This document shows positions 20,570 to 29,909 of a DNA stretch of 64,000 nt, piece after piece. Below the pieces are notes generated by a model. The model did no database searches, was not told the origin of the DNA, and was given only the letters and a program-made list of their open reading frames with translations. The stretch lies in the NCBI GenBank assembly GCA_963702425.1, contig CAVPCQ010000016.1, positions 32,001 to 96,000 of the forward strand. Reading direction: 5' to 3'. Position 1 is the stretch's first letter. Each line of letters begins with the position of its first letter. Source of the DNA: an uncultured Acidobacteriota bacterium. Its GTDB lineage: Bacteria > Acidobacteriota > Polarisedimenticolia > J045. The position numbers and the translations under genes were made by a program.

Positions 20570-21405
20570 GCGAGCGGATCGAAGTCACCTCCCCGCTCGA
20601 GCTGCCCGACCTCGAGAAGCTGCTGGTCGGCTTCCTGCGCGAGGAGATCGGCAAGGCGGGGTTCGCACGCGGGGTGGTCGGCGTCTCGGGCGGGCTCGAC
20701 TCGGCGGTGGTCCTGCTGCTCGCGGCGCGCGCGCTGGGGCCGGAGCACGTGCTGGGGCTGCTCCTCCCCTACCGGGCTTCCTCCGAGGACAGCGTGCGCG
20801 ACGCCCGCGCGGTGCTCGCGGTGGCCGGGAGCCCGTCGGAGGAGATCGACATCTCGCCGATGGTCGACGCCTTCGCGGCGGCGGCCGCATGCGACGACGC
20901 GCTGCGGCTGGGCAACCGGATGGCGCGCGAGCGGATGGCGCTGCTGTACGACCGCGCGGCGCGCGACCGGGCGCTGGTCGTCGGGACCTCGAACAAGACC
21001 GAGTTGCTGCTGGGCTACTCGACCCGCTGGGGCGACGGCGCCTACGACCTCAATCCGATCGGCGACCTCTACAAGAAGCAGGTCCGCGCGCTCGGTGCGC
21101 ACCTCGGCGTGCCGAAGGCGATTCTCGCGAAGGCTCCTTCGGCCGACCTCTGGCCCGGCCAGACCGACGAGGCCGAGCTGGGCCTGACCTACGCCGACGC
21201 CGACCGGATCCTCTGGTACCTCGTCGACCAGCGCGGCCGCCCGGAGCGCGCGGCCGAGGAGCTGGGGGTCGCGCAGGCGGCGGTCGACCGCGTGATGCGC
21301 CTGCTGACCGCGACGCAGTTCAAGCGCAACCTGCCGCTGATCTGCAAGGTCCAGCTGCGGACGATCGGGATCGACTTCCGGCTGCCGCGGGACTGGGGAC
21401 GGTAG
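20566..21405 (+). CDS. nadE: NAD+ synthetase
   Basis: GVSGGLDS, GNRMARERM, GTSNKTE, PIGDLYK, PSADLWPGQTDE. Confidence 0.96.
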   Translation: MSERIEVTSPLELPDLEKLLVGFLREEIGKAGFARGVVGVSGGLDSAVVLLLAARALGPEHVLGLLLPYRASSEDSVRDARAVLAVAGSPSEEIDISPMVDAFAAAAACDDALRLGNRMARERMALLYDRAARDRALVVGTSNKTELLLGYSTRWGDGAYDLNPIGDLYKKQVRALGAHLGVPKAILAKAPSADLWPGQTDEAELGLTYADADRILWYLVDQRGRPERAAEELGVAQAAVDRVMRLLTATQFKRNLPLICKVQLRTIGIDFRLPRDWGR

Positions 21406-21430
21406 GGTCGTCCACCGGCACCGCTGGGTC

Positions 21431-22375
21431 CTACGGAGCGGCCTTGCGCCACGCCTCGATGAAGCGGACCACCCCCTCGACGCGGTAGTCGACGGCCAGC
21501 CGTCCCAGCTCGACATTCGCGGTCTTCACGTCGTCGGCGGTCACGACCCCGTTGTCGGTGAACTCGCGCGTCGAGGTGTGCTTGCCGGAGCGCTGCGGCT
21601 GGAACAGCAGGGCGTCCAGCAGCGCGGCCTGGTCGCCGCCGGTCGTCTTCTCGAGGATCGCCTGCACCTCCGGCGGATAGGTGAGCCGGGGGTTCTCGGC
21701 CCTCGCCATCTGGACCAGACCCGGGGCCAGGAACAGCATCATCGAGGTCTCCTCGACGCCGGCGTGGGAGTCGGACTTCAGGCCGGTGATCTTCGGGTCC
21801 GGGTCGGGGAACTCGACGTTCAGGAGATCGATCGCGAGCGCCGGCGTCTCGCGGTTGACGCGGAAGGCGACGTTGTGGACCGAGGTGTAGTTCCCGCCGT
21901 GACCCGAGTAGAAGATGATCCGGCGGAAGCCGTGGGCGATCAGGCTCTGGGCGGTCTCGTACAGCACGGCCTCGAACGTCGCTGGAGAGAGCGCGATCGT
22001 TCCCGGGAACGCCATGTGATGCTCGGAGACGCCGGCGAGCACGACGGGGGCAACGAGGACGCTGGCGCGCTGTCCGATGCGCAGGCAGATCTCGGTCGCC
22101 TGCACGATGTCCGAGTCGAGCGGCAGGTGCCTGCCGTGCTGCTCGATCGAGCCGACGGGAACGATCACCAGGTCCGAGGTGAGCAGGTACTGCTCGACCT
22201 CGCCCCACGTCATGTGCGGCAGATAGAACGGCGTGCGGGAGTCGAGCGCCGCCGTCCCGCGGGCCGCGTCGCCGGCCGCTGCGGGCAGGGCGGTGGCCGC
22301 GACCGCCGCCGCGGCCAGGACGAGTCCAGGGAACAGCGTTGCGGCGATCCGCCGCCGGAGCGTCGTGCCGTGCAT
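21431..22375 (-). CDS. Creatininase-family amidohydrolase with N-terminal signal peptide
   Basis: PVGSIEQHGRHLPLDSD, SEHHMAFPGT, GHGGN, HAGVEETS; GAGGAGG RBS. Confidence 0.9.
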   Translation of the reverse strand: MHGTTLRRRIAATLFPGLVLAAAAVAATALPAAAGDAARGTAALDSRTPFYLPHMTWGEVEQYLLTSDLVIVPVGSIEQHGRHLPLDSDIVQATEICLRIGQRASVLVAPVVLAGVSEHHMAFPGTIALSPATFEAVLYETAQSLIAHGFRRIIFYSGHGGNYTSVHNVAFRVNRETPALAIDLLNVEFPDPDPKITGLKSDSHAGVEETSMMLFLAPGLVQMARAENPRLTYPPEVQAILEKTTGGDQAALLDALLFQPQRSGKHTSTREFTDNGVVTADDVKTANVELGRLAVDYRVEGVVRFIEAWRKAAP

Positions 22376-22468
22376 GGGGCGCCTCCTCGCGTGGGCTCCA
22401 TTCTGCACCGGCGCCACCCCTTTCGAGGGCAGGAGACCGGGCGAAACTCGCGCTAGAATCGTTTCCTC

Positions 22469-23524
22469 ATGAACGAAGGCCGCAGGATCCGGCTGACGTC
22501 GTACTCGAACTGCGCGGGTTGAGCGAGCAAGCTCGGTCCCGAGCTGCTCGCGCAGGTGCTGCGCGGCGTCACCGAACGCGTCCCCGACCTCGCCGGCGGG
22601 GACCAGCTGATCGTCGGGCTGGCCGAGCCCGACGACGCGGCCGTCTATCGCCTCGGTGGCGGGCGGGTGCTGATCGCGACGGTCGACTTCTTCACGCCGA
22701 TCGTCGACGACCCGTTTGCCTACGGGCAGGTCGCGGCAGCGAACTCGATCTCCGACGTCTACGCGATGGGCGGCGACCCGTTCCTGGCGCTCTCGGTCGC
22801 CGCCTTCCCGGCCGACCTGCCGGCCGAGATCCTGTCCGAGATCATCGCCGGAGCGGCGATCAAGGTGCGCGAGGCGGGAGCGGTGCTGGCCGGCGGCCAC
22901 TCGGTGCGCGACGCCGAGCCCAAGTTCGGGCTGACGGTGCTCGGCTTCGGGCGCGAGGAGTCGCTGATCCTCAAGCGCGGCGCGAGGCCGGGGGATCTCC
23001 TTTACCTGACCAAACTGCTTGGCACCGGCGTGCTCGCGACCGCGCTGAAGGAACAGGCCCTCTCAGCGGCGCATGAGCGCGAGCTGGTCGCGTCGATGGC
23101 GCGGCTCTCGGGCGGCGCGTCGCGCGCGGCGGTCGCGGCGGGGGTGCGCGGCGGGACCGACGTCACCGGCTACGCGCTCGCCGGCCACGCGCTCGAGATG
23201 GCCGAGGCCTCGGGCGCGCGGCTGGTGCTCGAGTGGGGCCGGGTCCCGCTGCTCGCCTTCGCGCGCGAGGCGGTGGAGCGGGAGTTCGTCCCGGGCGGGA
23301 CCGCCACCAACGAAGCGGCCTTCGCGCCGCGCGTGGCCGGGCTCGAGCGGTTGTCCGAAACCGACCGCGCGCTGCTGTTCGACCCGCAGACCTCGGGCGG
23401 CCTGCTGCTCGCGGTGCCGCCCGACCGCGAGCCGGTCTTCCGCGCCGCACTGGCCGCCGAGGCGGCGGACGGCTGGCGGATCGGGCGGGTCGAGGCGGGC
23501 GCGGGTCTCGCGCTGGAGCCCTGA
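22469..23524 (+). CDS. selD: Selenide, water dikinase (selenophosphate synthetase) with selenocysteine at in-frame TGA 22520-22522
   Basis: ATG 22469 reads MNEGRRIRLTSYSNCAG-TGA-ASKLGPELL, in frame with the listed ORF (DDAAVY, TVDFFTP, ANSISDVYAMGG, GGHS, TDVTG, DPQTSGGLL). Confidence 0.95.
22523..22551 (+). promoter_or_regulatory. Bacterial SECIS-like stem-loop
   Basis: GCGAGC-A-AGCTCG-GTCC-CGAGCT-GCTCGC directly after the UGA: two 6-bp stems, a bulged A and a G-containing apical loop. Confidence 0.75.
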
Positions 23525-23525
23525 G

Positions 23526-24569
23526 GTGACGGCTCCCGCGCGCGGGCGGCTGCTGGTCGTCGCCACCCCGCTCGGCAACCTCGGCGACCTCTCGCCGCGC
23601 GCGGCCAAGGCGCTGGCGGAGGCCGACCTCGTCGCGGCCGAGGACACGCGCCGCACGCTCCCCCTGCTGTCGCACCTCGGGCTGTCGAAGCCGCTGGTCT
23701 CCAGTCACAAGTTCAACGAGGTCGCGGGGCTGGCCGGACTGCTGGCCACGCTGGCCGAGGGGAAGACGGTCGCGCTGGTCACCGACGGCGGCACGCCGGC
23801 GATCTCCGACCCCGGCCACCGGCTGGTCGCGGCGGCACACGCCGCGGGGCACGCGGTCGTCGCGATCGCGGGGCCCAGCGCCGTCGCGGCGGCGCTCTCG
23901 GTCGCCGGCTTCCCGGCCGACCGCTTCCGCTTCGCGGGTTTCCTGCCGGCAGCGGCGGCCGCGCGGCGGCGGGCGCTCGCGGCGCTCGCGGCGGAGCCGG
24001 AGACGCTGGTCTTCTACGAGGCGCCGCACCGCGCGCTGAAGGCGCTCGACGCGATGATCGACGCGCTCGGCGACCGCGAGGCGACGCTCTGCCGCGAGCT
24101 GACGAAGCTCTACGAGGAGGTGCTGCGCGCGCCGCTGTCGGCGATCCGGGCCGCGCTCGCGGCGCGCGACGCGATCCGCGGGGAGATCGTGCTGGTCGTG
24201 GCCGGCGCGGGCGAGGGGCGCGAGCGGGCGGGTGCAGTGCGGACGGGTGCAGGGCGGGCCGGTGCCGGGCGGGCCGGCGCGGGGCGGGCCGGTGCCGGGC
24301 GGGCCGGCACGGAGGCCGGCCCCGACGGGGTGCGAGACGGTTGGTCTGCTGCGCCAGCCGTGGGGGCCGGCCTCCGTGCCGGCCCGCTCCGTCGCGGTCC
24401 GATCGACGCGGCCGCCTGCGGCGTCCTGTTCGCGCTGGCCCGCGAGTTGGAGGATGGCGACGCGCGGCGCGCGCTCCGTCGCCTGGCGCGCGAGCTGGGC
24501 CGGACGCGCGCGGAGGTCAAGGCACTGCTCGCGGCGGCCGGCGTCCCGCTCGAGGACGGACCGGGCTGA
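23526..24569 (+). CDS. rsmI: 16S rRNA (cytidine1402-2'-O)-methyltransferase with repeat-derived insertion near the C-terminus
   Basis: VVATPLGNLGD, AAEDTR, VTDGGTPAISDPG, FYEAPHR, CRELTKLYEE, RGEIVLV. Confidence 0.95.
   Translation: MTAPARGRLLVVATPLGNLGDLSPRAAKALAEADLVAAEDTRRTLPLLSHLGLSKPLVSSHKFNEVAGLAGLLATLAEGKTVALVTDGGTPAISDPGHRLVAAAHAAGHAVVAIAGPSAVAAALSVAGFPADRFRFAGFLPAAAAARRRALAALAAEPETLVFYEAPHRALKALDAMIDALGDREATLCRELTKLYEEVLRAPLSAIRAALAARDAIRGEIVLVVAGAGEGRERAGAVRTGAGRAGAGRAGAGRAGAGRAGTEAGPDGVRDGWSAAPAVGAGLRAGPLRRGPIDAAACGVLFALARELEDGDARRALRRLARELGRTRAEVKALLAAAGVPLEDGPG
24252..24386. repeat. Four 15-bp tandem units plus an inverted pair of 27-bp REP-like palindromes inside rsmI
   Basis: GGGCGGGCCGG-N4 x4 (24252-24311); REP on minus strand 24300-24326 and on plus strand 24360-24386 (GGGCCGGC-CTCCGT-GCCGGCCC). 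Confidence 0.9.
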
Positions 24570-24640
24570 TAAACGGCCGGCCGGGGGGGTAGGATGGCGC
24601 CCGCCGCGGGACGCTCCGCCCATCCCGCGCGGGAGGCGCT

Positions 24641-26345
24641 GTGAGCTGGGCTCTGTGGGTCGTCCTCGCGTACCTGCTCGTCCTCGCTCGGCTTCAACTT
24701 CGTCCGCTCGCGGCAGATCCAGTCGCAGGAGGACTTCATGGTCGCGGGGCGCAAGCTCTCGATGACCGTGATGGTGTTCACGCTGGTCTGCACCTGGATC
24801 GGCTCCGGCTCGTTCATCGCCGGCGCCGAGTACGCGGCCAAGGCCGGCTGGTCGTCGCTGTGGCTGCCGGCGGGCGCCTGGGTCGGGATCGCGGTGATCT
24901 ACTTCCTGGCCGCCAAGATCCGGGGCTTCGGCCAGTACACGGTCGGCGACATCCTCGAGGTCCGGTACGGCAAGTTCGCCCGGCTGTTCGGCGCGATCGC
25001 GCTGATCATCGCCTTCACGACGATCGTCTCCTACCAGTTCCGGGCCGGCGGCTACATCCTCAACGTCGCCTCCGGCGGCGCGATCTCGGTCCCCGTCGGG
25101 CAGGCGATCGCGGCCGGCTTCGTGATCCTCTTCACCGCGCTCGGCGGGATGCTGGCGGTCGCCCACACCGACCTCCCCAACGGGATCATCATCGTCCTGG
25201 CCTGCGCCGCGGCGCTGCCGTTCACGATCGCGGCGGCGGGCGGCGCCGGCGCGGCCGCGGCGGCGCTCCCCGCGCAGCACTTCACGGTCTTCGCCTCGGA
25301 CTTCGGCGCGCACCCGGCGCTCAAGGCCGGCGGCTACTTCCTGGCCACGCTGCTGCTGCTGATGGGCATTCAGTCGATGTACCAGAAGTTCTACTCGGCC
25401 CGCTCGCCGGCCGAGGCGCGCAAGGCGGTGGCGCTCTGGATCGTCGGCACGATCGTCGTCGAGACGCTGGTCGTGGCGATCGCGATCTACAGCTCGGCCC
25501 GGCACTGGCCGGAGGTCACGGCCTTCCGGATCGCCGGCACCGTCAAGGAGCAGGTCGCGTCGGGCGCGCTCCCGCCGGGGGACGCCGTGGCGCGCGCGAT
25601 TCAGCTCGCGCAGGAGGCGGCGACGCGCGGCAACCTGATGCCGTCGCAGGTCGCCCCGCTGCACACGCTGCTCAACGAGGGGTTCAGCGGCGCGACCAAC
25701 GCCGCGGCGATCGCCCACGCGAAGATCGGGATCGACCCGGCGTCGCTCGTGCTGCAGGCCGCCGGCGACCTGATCGGCAGCTCCGGGATCGCCGTCTTCG
25801 TCGGGCTGCTGCTGCTCGGGGCGGCCTGCGCGGTCGTGATCTCGACCGGCATGAACTACCTGCTGTCGCCGACGACCAACATCATGCGCGACATCTACCA
25901 GCGCTTCGTCAGCCCCGGGGCCGACCAGAAGTCGATGGTCGCGCTGCAGAAGGTCTTCGTCGTGCTGGTCGGCCTGGCGGCCTTCATGATGATCTGGATC
26001 CCGACCTATTTCGGCCTCAACATCTCCGTGCTGAAGTACTCCTACTTCGCCTACACCGTGTACGGCGTGTCGATCACCCCGGCCCTGCTCGCCGCGCTGG
26101 CCTGGAAGCGCGCGACCTGGCAGGGCGGCCTGGCCTCGATCGTCGGGGGCGCGGCCGCGGTGCTGGCGCTCGACGTCGCGCTGCCGATGCTGGCGCCGGC
26201 GGTGATGGTCGACGGCGACCCGTGGGGGATCCCCAGCATCTACTTCTCGGCCGCGATCTCGATCGGCCTGCTGTTCCTGGTCAGCCTAGCGACGCCGCCC
26301 CCGACGAAGGCCGAGCTGGCGCCGCTGTTTCCGGAGGAAAGGTAA
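24641..26345 (+). CDS. Sodium:solute symporter with an apparent +1 frameshift at about 24683-24686
   Basis: GGGAGG RBS then GTG MSWALWVVLAYLLV; one extra base moves to the frame reading LGFNFVRSRQIQSQEDFMVAGRKL..CTWIGSGS, typical of SSS transporters; many TM helices. Confidence 0.85.
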
Positions 26346-26352
26346 GCCCGCG

Positions 26353-28602
26353 ATGCGCAAGTCGCTCGCTCGCCTGGGCCACTTCGTCTGCGCCGCGGTC
26401 GTGCTCGCGGCCCTTTCCGCGCCGGCCGGGCGGGCCGGCACGGAGGCCGGACGGGCCGGCACGGAGGCCGGCCCCTACAGGTTGGTGGATGCCGAGGGGC
26501 GGCCGGTCGCGGAGGCGCGGGTCTCGGTCACGGGCCGCGCCGGCTCGGTCTTCACCGACGAGGACGGCCGCTTCGCGCTCGACCCCCGGCCGCCGATCCC
26601 CTTCGAGCTGGTCGTGCTCGATGCGCGCGGGGCGTTCCTCGGCACGGTGCTGGTCGAGCGCGACGATGCCGTCGAGCTGCGGCTCCCGGAGTCGGCGAAA
26701 GCGGAGCTGACCGTCCGCAGCGACGTCGCGCCGACCACGCTGGGCCCCCCCGCATCGGCACCGAACCTGGTCACGCGCGAGGAGATGAACCGGCGCCAGC
26801 CGGCACGGCTGACCGACGCGCTGATGGACATCCCGGGCGTCGGGCGACTGGAGGAGGGCCAGTCGGTCGTCCCGTCCGTCCGGGGCCTCGCGCGTGGAAG
26901 GACGCTGATCCTGATCGACGACGGCCGCGTCACGGCCGAGCGCCGCGCCGGCCCCTCGGCGAGCTACCTGCAGCCCTTCATGCTCCAGGGGCTCGAGATC
27001 GTGCGCGGGCCGGGTTCGGTGGCCTACGGTTCGGACGCGATCGGCGGAGTGATCCACGCCCGCACGCCGCTCCCCCAGCCGGGGGCGTCGTTCGGGCGCT
27101 ACGAGGTCTCGGGCGGCGCCGGGCAGCCGATGGCGACCGGTGGTGTCTCGCTCAACCTGCCGGTCGGCAACGGGGCGATGACCTTCGCCGGGCAGCAGCG
27201 CTGGTTCGGCGACTACAGCTCCCCCGACGGGACCGTCGACAATTCGAGCGCACGTGACCGGAACCTGGGGCTGGGCGGCCTCTGGCCCGTCGGAACCGCG
27301 CGCGTCTGGTTCAACGCCTACGACGGCCAGGCCTGGGACATGGGCAAGCCGGCGCAGGACTCGAACCTCACCCGGGCCTGGTACCCGGAAGAGGACGCGA
27401 CCCGCCTGGCGCTCGGCGCCGACCTGCCGGGGGGGCTCGGCTTCGACACGCTGGAGCTGCGCGGCTTCGTCGGCCGCTACGAGCTGGTCACCGAGCGCGA
27501 ACGCTTTCCGCAGGCGGGGCCGCCCGCCGTCACGCGACGGATCCAGGAAGCCGACGTCACTTCGTACGACGCCTCGCTGCGCGCGGTCGGCGCCCGCAGC
27601 TTCGGCGCGCTGCGCTTCTCCTCCGGCATCGAGGCGATCTCGCGCTTCGGACTCAACGCGATCGACACCACGACCCGCTACGACACCGCGGGCCAGGTGA
27701 CCAGCGTCGTCCGCAACGAGTCGATCGAGGACGCCAGCCGGCTCGACCTGGGGGCGTTCGTCGAGGCCTCGCTCCCCTTCGCCCGGGACCGGTTCGTCGC
27801 CTCGGCCGGCGTGCGCGGCGACTGGTTGAAGACCGAGAGCACCGGCGCCAGCTTCGGCGACCAGTCGAGCCGGGAGGACGCGATCACCGGGTTCGCTGCG
27901 CTGACCTGGCACTTCGCGCCGGCCTGGGAGACTGCGCTGCAGTGGGCGCGGGCCTTCCGCGCCCCCGGGCTCTCCGACCTCTACTTCGTCGGGCCGACCG
28001 GGCGCGGCGTCGTCACCGGGAACCCCGACCTGCTGCCGGAGACGACGAGCCAGTGGGACCTCGCGGTGCGCCGCACCGCCGGGAGCTGGCGCTTCGCCGG
28101 CTACGCCTACAGCTACCGGATCTTCGACCTGATCGAGCGCTACGAGGAGCCGCCCGGGAGCGCCAACTTCTTCTTTCGCAACGGCGGCACGGAGCAGCTC
28201 ACCGGGATCGAGCTGGAGACCGAGATCGACATCGGTGCGCGATTCGTGCTTGGCCTCGGCGCCAGTTGGACGCAGGGCGAGATCGTCGAGACCGGCAGCT
28301 TCCCGGCCGACGTCCCGCCCCTCTACGGCATGGCGACGCTGCTCTACCGCCCGGCCGACCGCTGGTGGCTGCGGCTGCGGGGAGAGGCGGTCCTGGCAGA
28401 CGACCGGCCCGGCCCGACCGAAATCGACACACCCGGCTACGGGCTCGTCGGGATCGGCGCCGGCTACCAGCTCTCGCCGCTCTTCGGGCTCGAGCTGATC
28501 GTCGGCAACCTCTTCGACCACGCCTACCCCGCGACGCCCGACGCGGTCGCCGCCGACGGGCCGGGGATCAACGCGCAGCTCGTGGTGCGCGGGGGGTGGT
28601 GA
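26353..28602 (+). CDS. TonB-dependent outer-membrane receptor
   Basis: Signal peptide, carboxypeptidase-regulatory-like N domain (VFTDEDGRF), plug motif LEIVRGPGSVAYGSDAIGGVI, GNPDLLPE, NLFD, C-terminal Trp. Confidence 0.93.
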   Translation: MRKSLARLGHFVCAAVVLAALSAPAGRAGTEAGRAGTEAGPYRLVDAEGRPVAEARVSVTGRAGSVFTDEDGRFALDPRPPIPFELVVLDARGAFLGTVLVERDDAVELRLPESAKAELTVRSDVAPTTLGPPASAPNLVTREEMNRRQPARLTDALMDIPGVGRLEEGQSVVPSVRGLARGRTLILIDDGRVTAERRAGPSASYLQPFMLQGLEIVRGPGSVAYGSDAIGGVIHARTPLPQPGASFGRYEVSGGAGQPMATGGVSLNLPVGNGAMTFAGQQRWFGDYSSPDGTVDNSSARDRNLGLGGLWPVGTARVWFNAYDGQAWDMGKPAQDSNLTRAWYPEEDATRLALGADLPGGLGFDTLELRGFVGRYELVTERERFPQAGPPAVTRRIQEADVTSYDASLRAVGARSFGALRFSSGIEAISRFGLNAIDTTTRYDTAGQVTSVVRNESIEDASRLDLGAFVEASLPFARDRFVASAGVRGDWLKTESTGASFGDQSSREDAITGFAALTWHFAPAWETALQWARAFRAPGLSDLYFVGPTGRGVVTGNPDLLPETTSQWDLAVRRTAGSWRFAGYAYSYRIFDLIERYEEPPGSANFFFRNGGTEQLTGIELETEIDIGARFVLGLGASWTQGEIVETGSFPADVPPLYGMATLLYRPADRWWLRLRGEAVLADDRPGPTEIDTPGYGLVGIGAGYQLSPLFGLELIVGNLFDHAYPATPDAVAADGPGINAQLVVRGGW
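26431..26478 (-). repeat. REP-like palindrome (full copy 26452-26478 plus partial tandem copy) inside the TonB receptor N-terminus
   Basis: Reverse complement of 26452-26478 is GTAGGGGCCGGCCTCCGTGCCGGCCCG, identical to the copies at 32769, 32829 and 32889. Confidence 0.92.
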
Positions 28603-28632
28603 TCGAGGCCGGCGGGACGGGAAGCCGAAGGA

Positions 28633-29322
28633 CTAGTCCTGCCCGGCGGCGCCGTCGGCCCGCCGGTCGCGGCTCTCCCGCTCCGCGTCTCCCACCTCGT
28701 AGCGCAGGCAGCACATCAGGCGCCCGCACTGCCCCGAGATCTTGGCCGGGTTGACCGGCAGCCCCTGGACCTTCGCCATCCGCATCGAGACCGGGGCGAA
28801 GCCGTCGAGCCACGTCGAGCAGCAGAGCGGGCGCCCGCAGTGCCCGACGCCGCCCTGGCGGATCGCCGCGTCGCGCACCCCGATCTGGCGCAGCTCGACC
28901 CGCGCCCGCAGCTCGCGCGCCAGGTCGCGCACCAGCTGCCGGAAATCGACCCGCCCCTCGGCCACGAAGAACAGCGTGATGCGCCGCCCCGCGGCCACCG
29001 GGTCGGCCCGCACGAAGCGCATCGCCAGGTTCAGCTCGGCGGCACGGCGGGAGGCGATCCCCAGCGCCTCGCGACGCCGCTGCTCGAGCCAGCCTTCGGT
29101 CTCGTCGTCGGCCGGGGTCGCCACGCGCAGGACGGGAGCGGGCGGCGCCCCGGAAGGCTCCGCCTCGGAGGGGACGCGGACCACGGTCCCCAGCTGGGTC
29201 CGCCCGGCGTCGACCGCGATCACGCAGCGGTCACCGACCTCGAGCGGGTCGTCGCCGGCGCGGCAGCAGACCGGGCGAAGGCTGCCCGAGAACGCGATGC
29301 GGACGAGAGAGGCGCGAGCCAA
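28633..29322 (-). CDS. PSP1-domain protein (YaaT/RicT family, Fe-S Cys motifs)
   Basis: AEGRVDFRQLVRDL, RVELRQIGVRD, GHCGRPLCC, KISGQCGRLMCCLRYE; TTG start at 29322 after GGAGG. Confidence 0.92.
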   Translation of the reverse strand: MARASLVRIAFSGSLRPVCCRAGDDPLEVGDRCVIAVDAGRTQLGTVVRVPSEAEPSGAPPAPVLRVATPADDETEGWLEQRRREALGIASRRAAELNLAMRFVRADPVAAGRRITLFFVAEGRVDFRQLVRDLARELRARVELRQIGVRDAAIRQGGVGHCGRPLCCSTWLDGFAPVSMRMAKVQGLPVNPAKISGQCGRLMCCLRYEVGDAERESRDRRADGAAGQD

Positions 29323-29426
29323 GGGGTCCTCCGGGATCCTGACAAAAGGATAATGCACTCTCGATTCGTTTCGGAGGCCGGAAACCGGTCGCGCCGCGGG
29401 ACGGTTCGCGCGACCATGGGGTCACG

Positions 29427-29909
29427 ATGGGGCCGGGCGCGAAGGGATCCGACAGCGAAAGTGAGAAGAACCTCGCCGTCAACCGGCAGGCGCGATTCGA
29501 CTATTCGATCGAGGAAACCTACGAGGGAGGCCTCGTCCTGGTCGGCACCGAGGTCAAGTCGGCCCGCGGAGGAAAGGTCCAGATCAAGGACGCCTACGCG
29601 CGCTTCAAGAACGGCGAGCTGTGGCTGATCGGGCTGCACATCGCGCCCTACACCCACGCCTCGTTCGAGAACCACGAGCCGGAGCGGCCGCGCAAGGTCC
29701 TGCTCTCGCGGCACGAGCTGAAGCGCCTGACCGGGAAGATCGAGCGCGCCGGTTACACGCTGGTTCCGCTGCGGGTCTACCTCAAGGGGGCTTGGATCAA
29801 GGTCGAGCTGGCGCTGGGCAAGGGCCGGCTGCGCCACGAGAAGAAGGAGGTCCTCAAGAAGAAGATCCACGAGCGGGAGATGCGCGACGCGGTCCGGAGG
29901 CGCGGCTGA
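29427..29909 (+). CDS. smpB: SsrA-binding protein
   Basis: NRQARFDY, GLVLVGTEVKS, HIAPY, NHEPERPRKVLL, LGKG. Confidence 0.97.
   Translation: MGPGAKGSDSESEKNLAVNRQARFDYSIEETYEGGLVLVGTEVKSARGGKVQIKDAYARFKNGELWLIGLHIAPYTHASFENHEPERPRKVLLSRHELKRLTGKIERAGYTLVPLRVYLKGAWIKVELALGKGRLRHEKKEVLKKKIHEREMRDAVRRRG

Noticed and set aside
19694-21405. Nitrilase plus nadE pair as a novel system
   Set aside because: Matches the already described two-subunit glutamine-dependent NAD synthetase arrangement.
24641-26710. 689-aa ORF from GTG 24641
   Set aside because: Only the first about 15 codons are real; the rest is off-frame because of the frameshift in the symporter gene.
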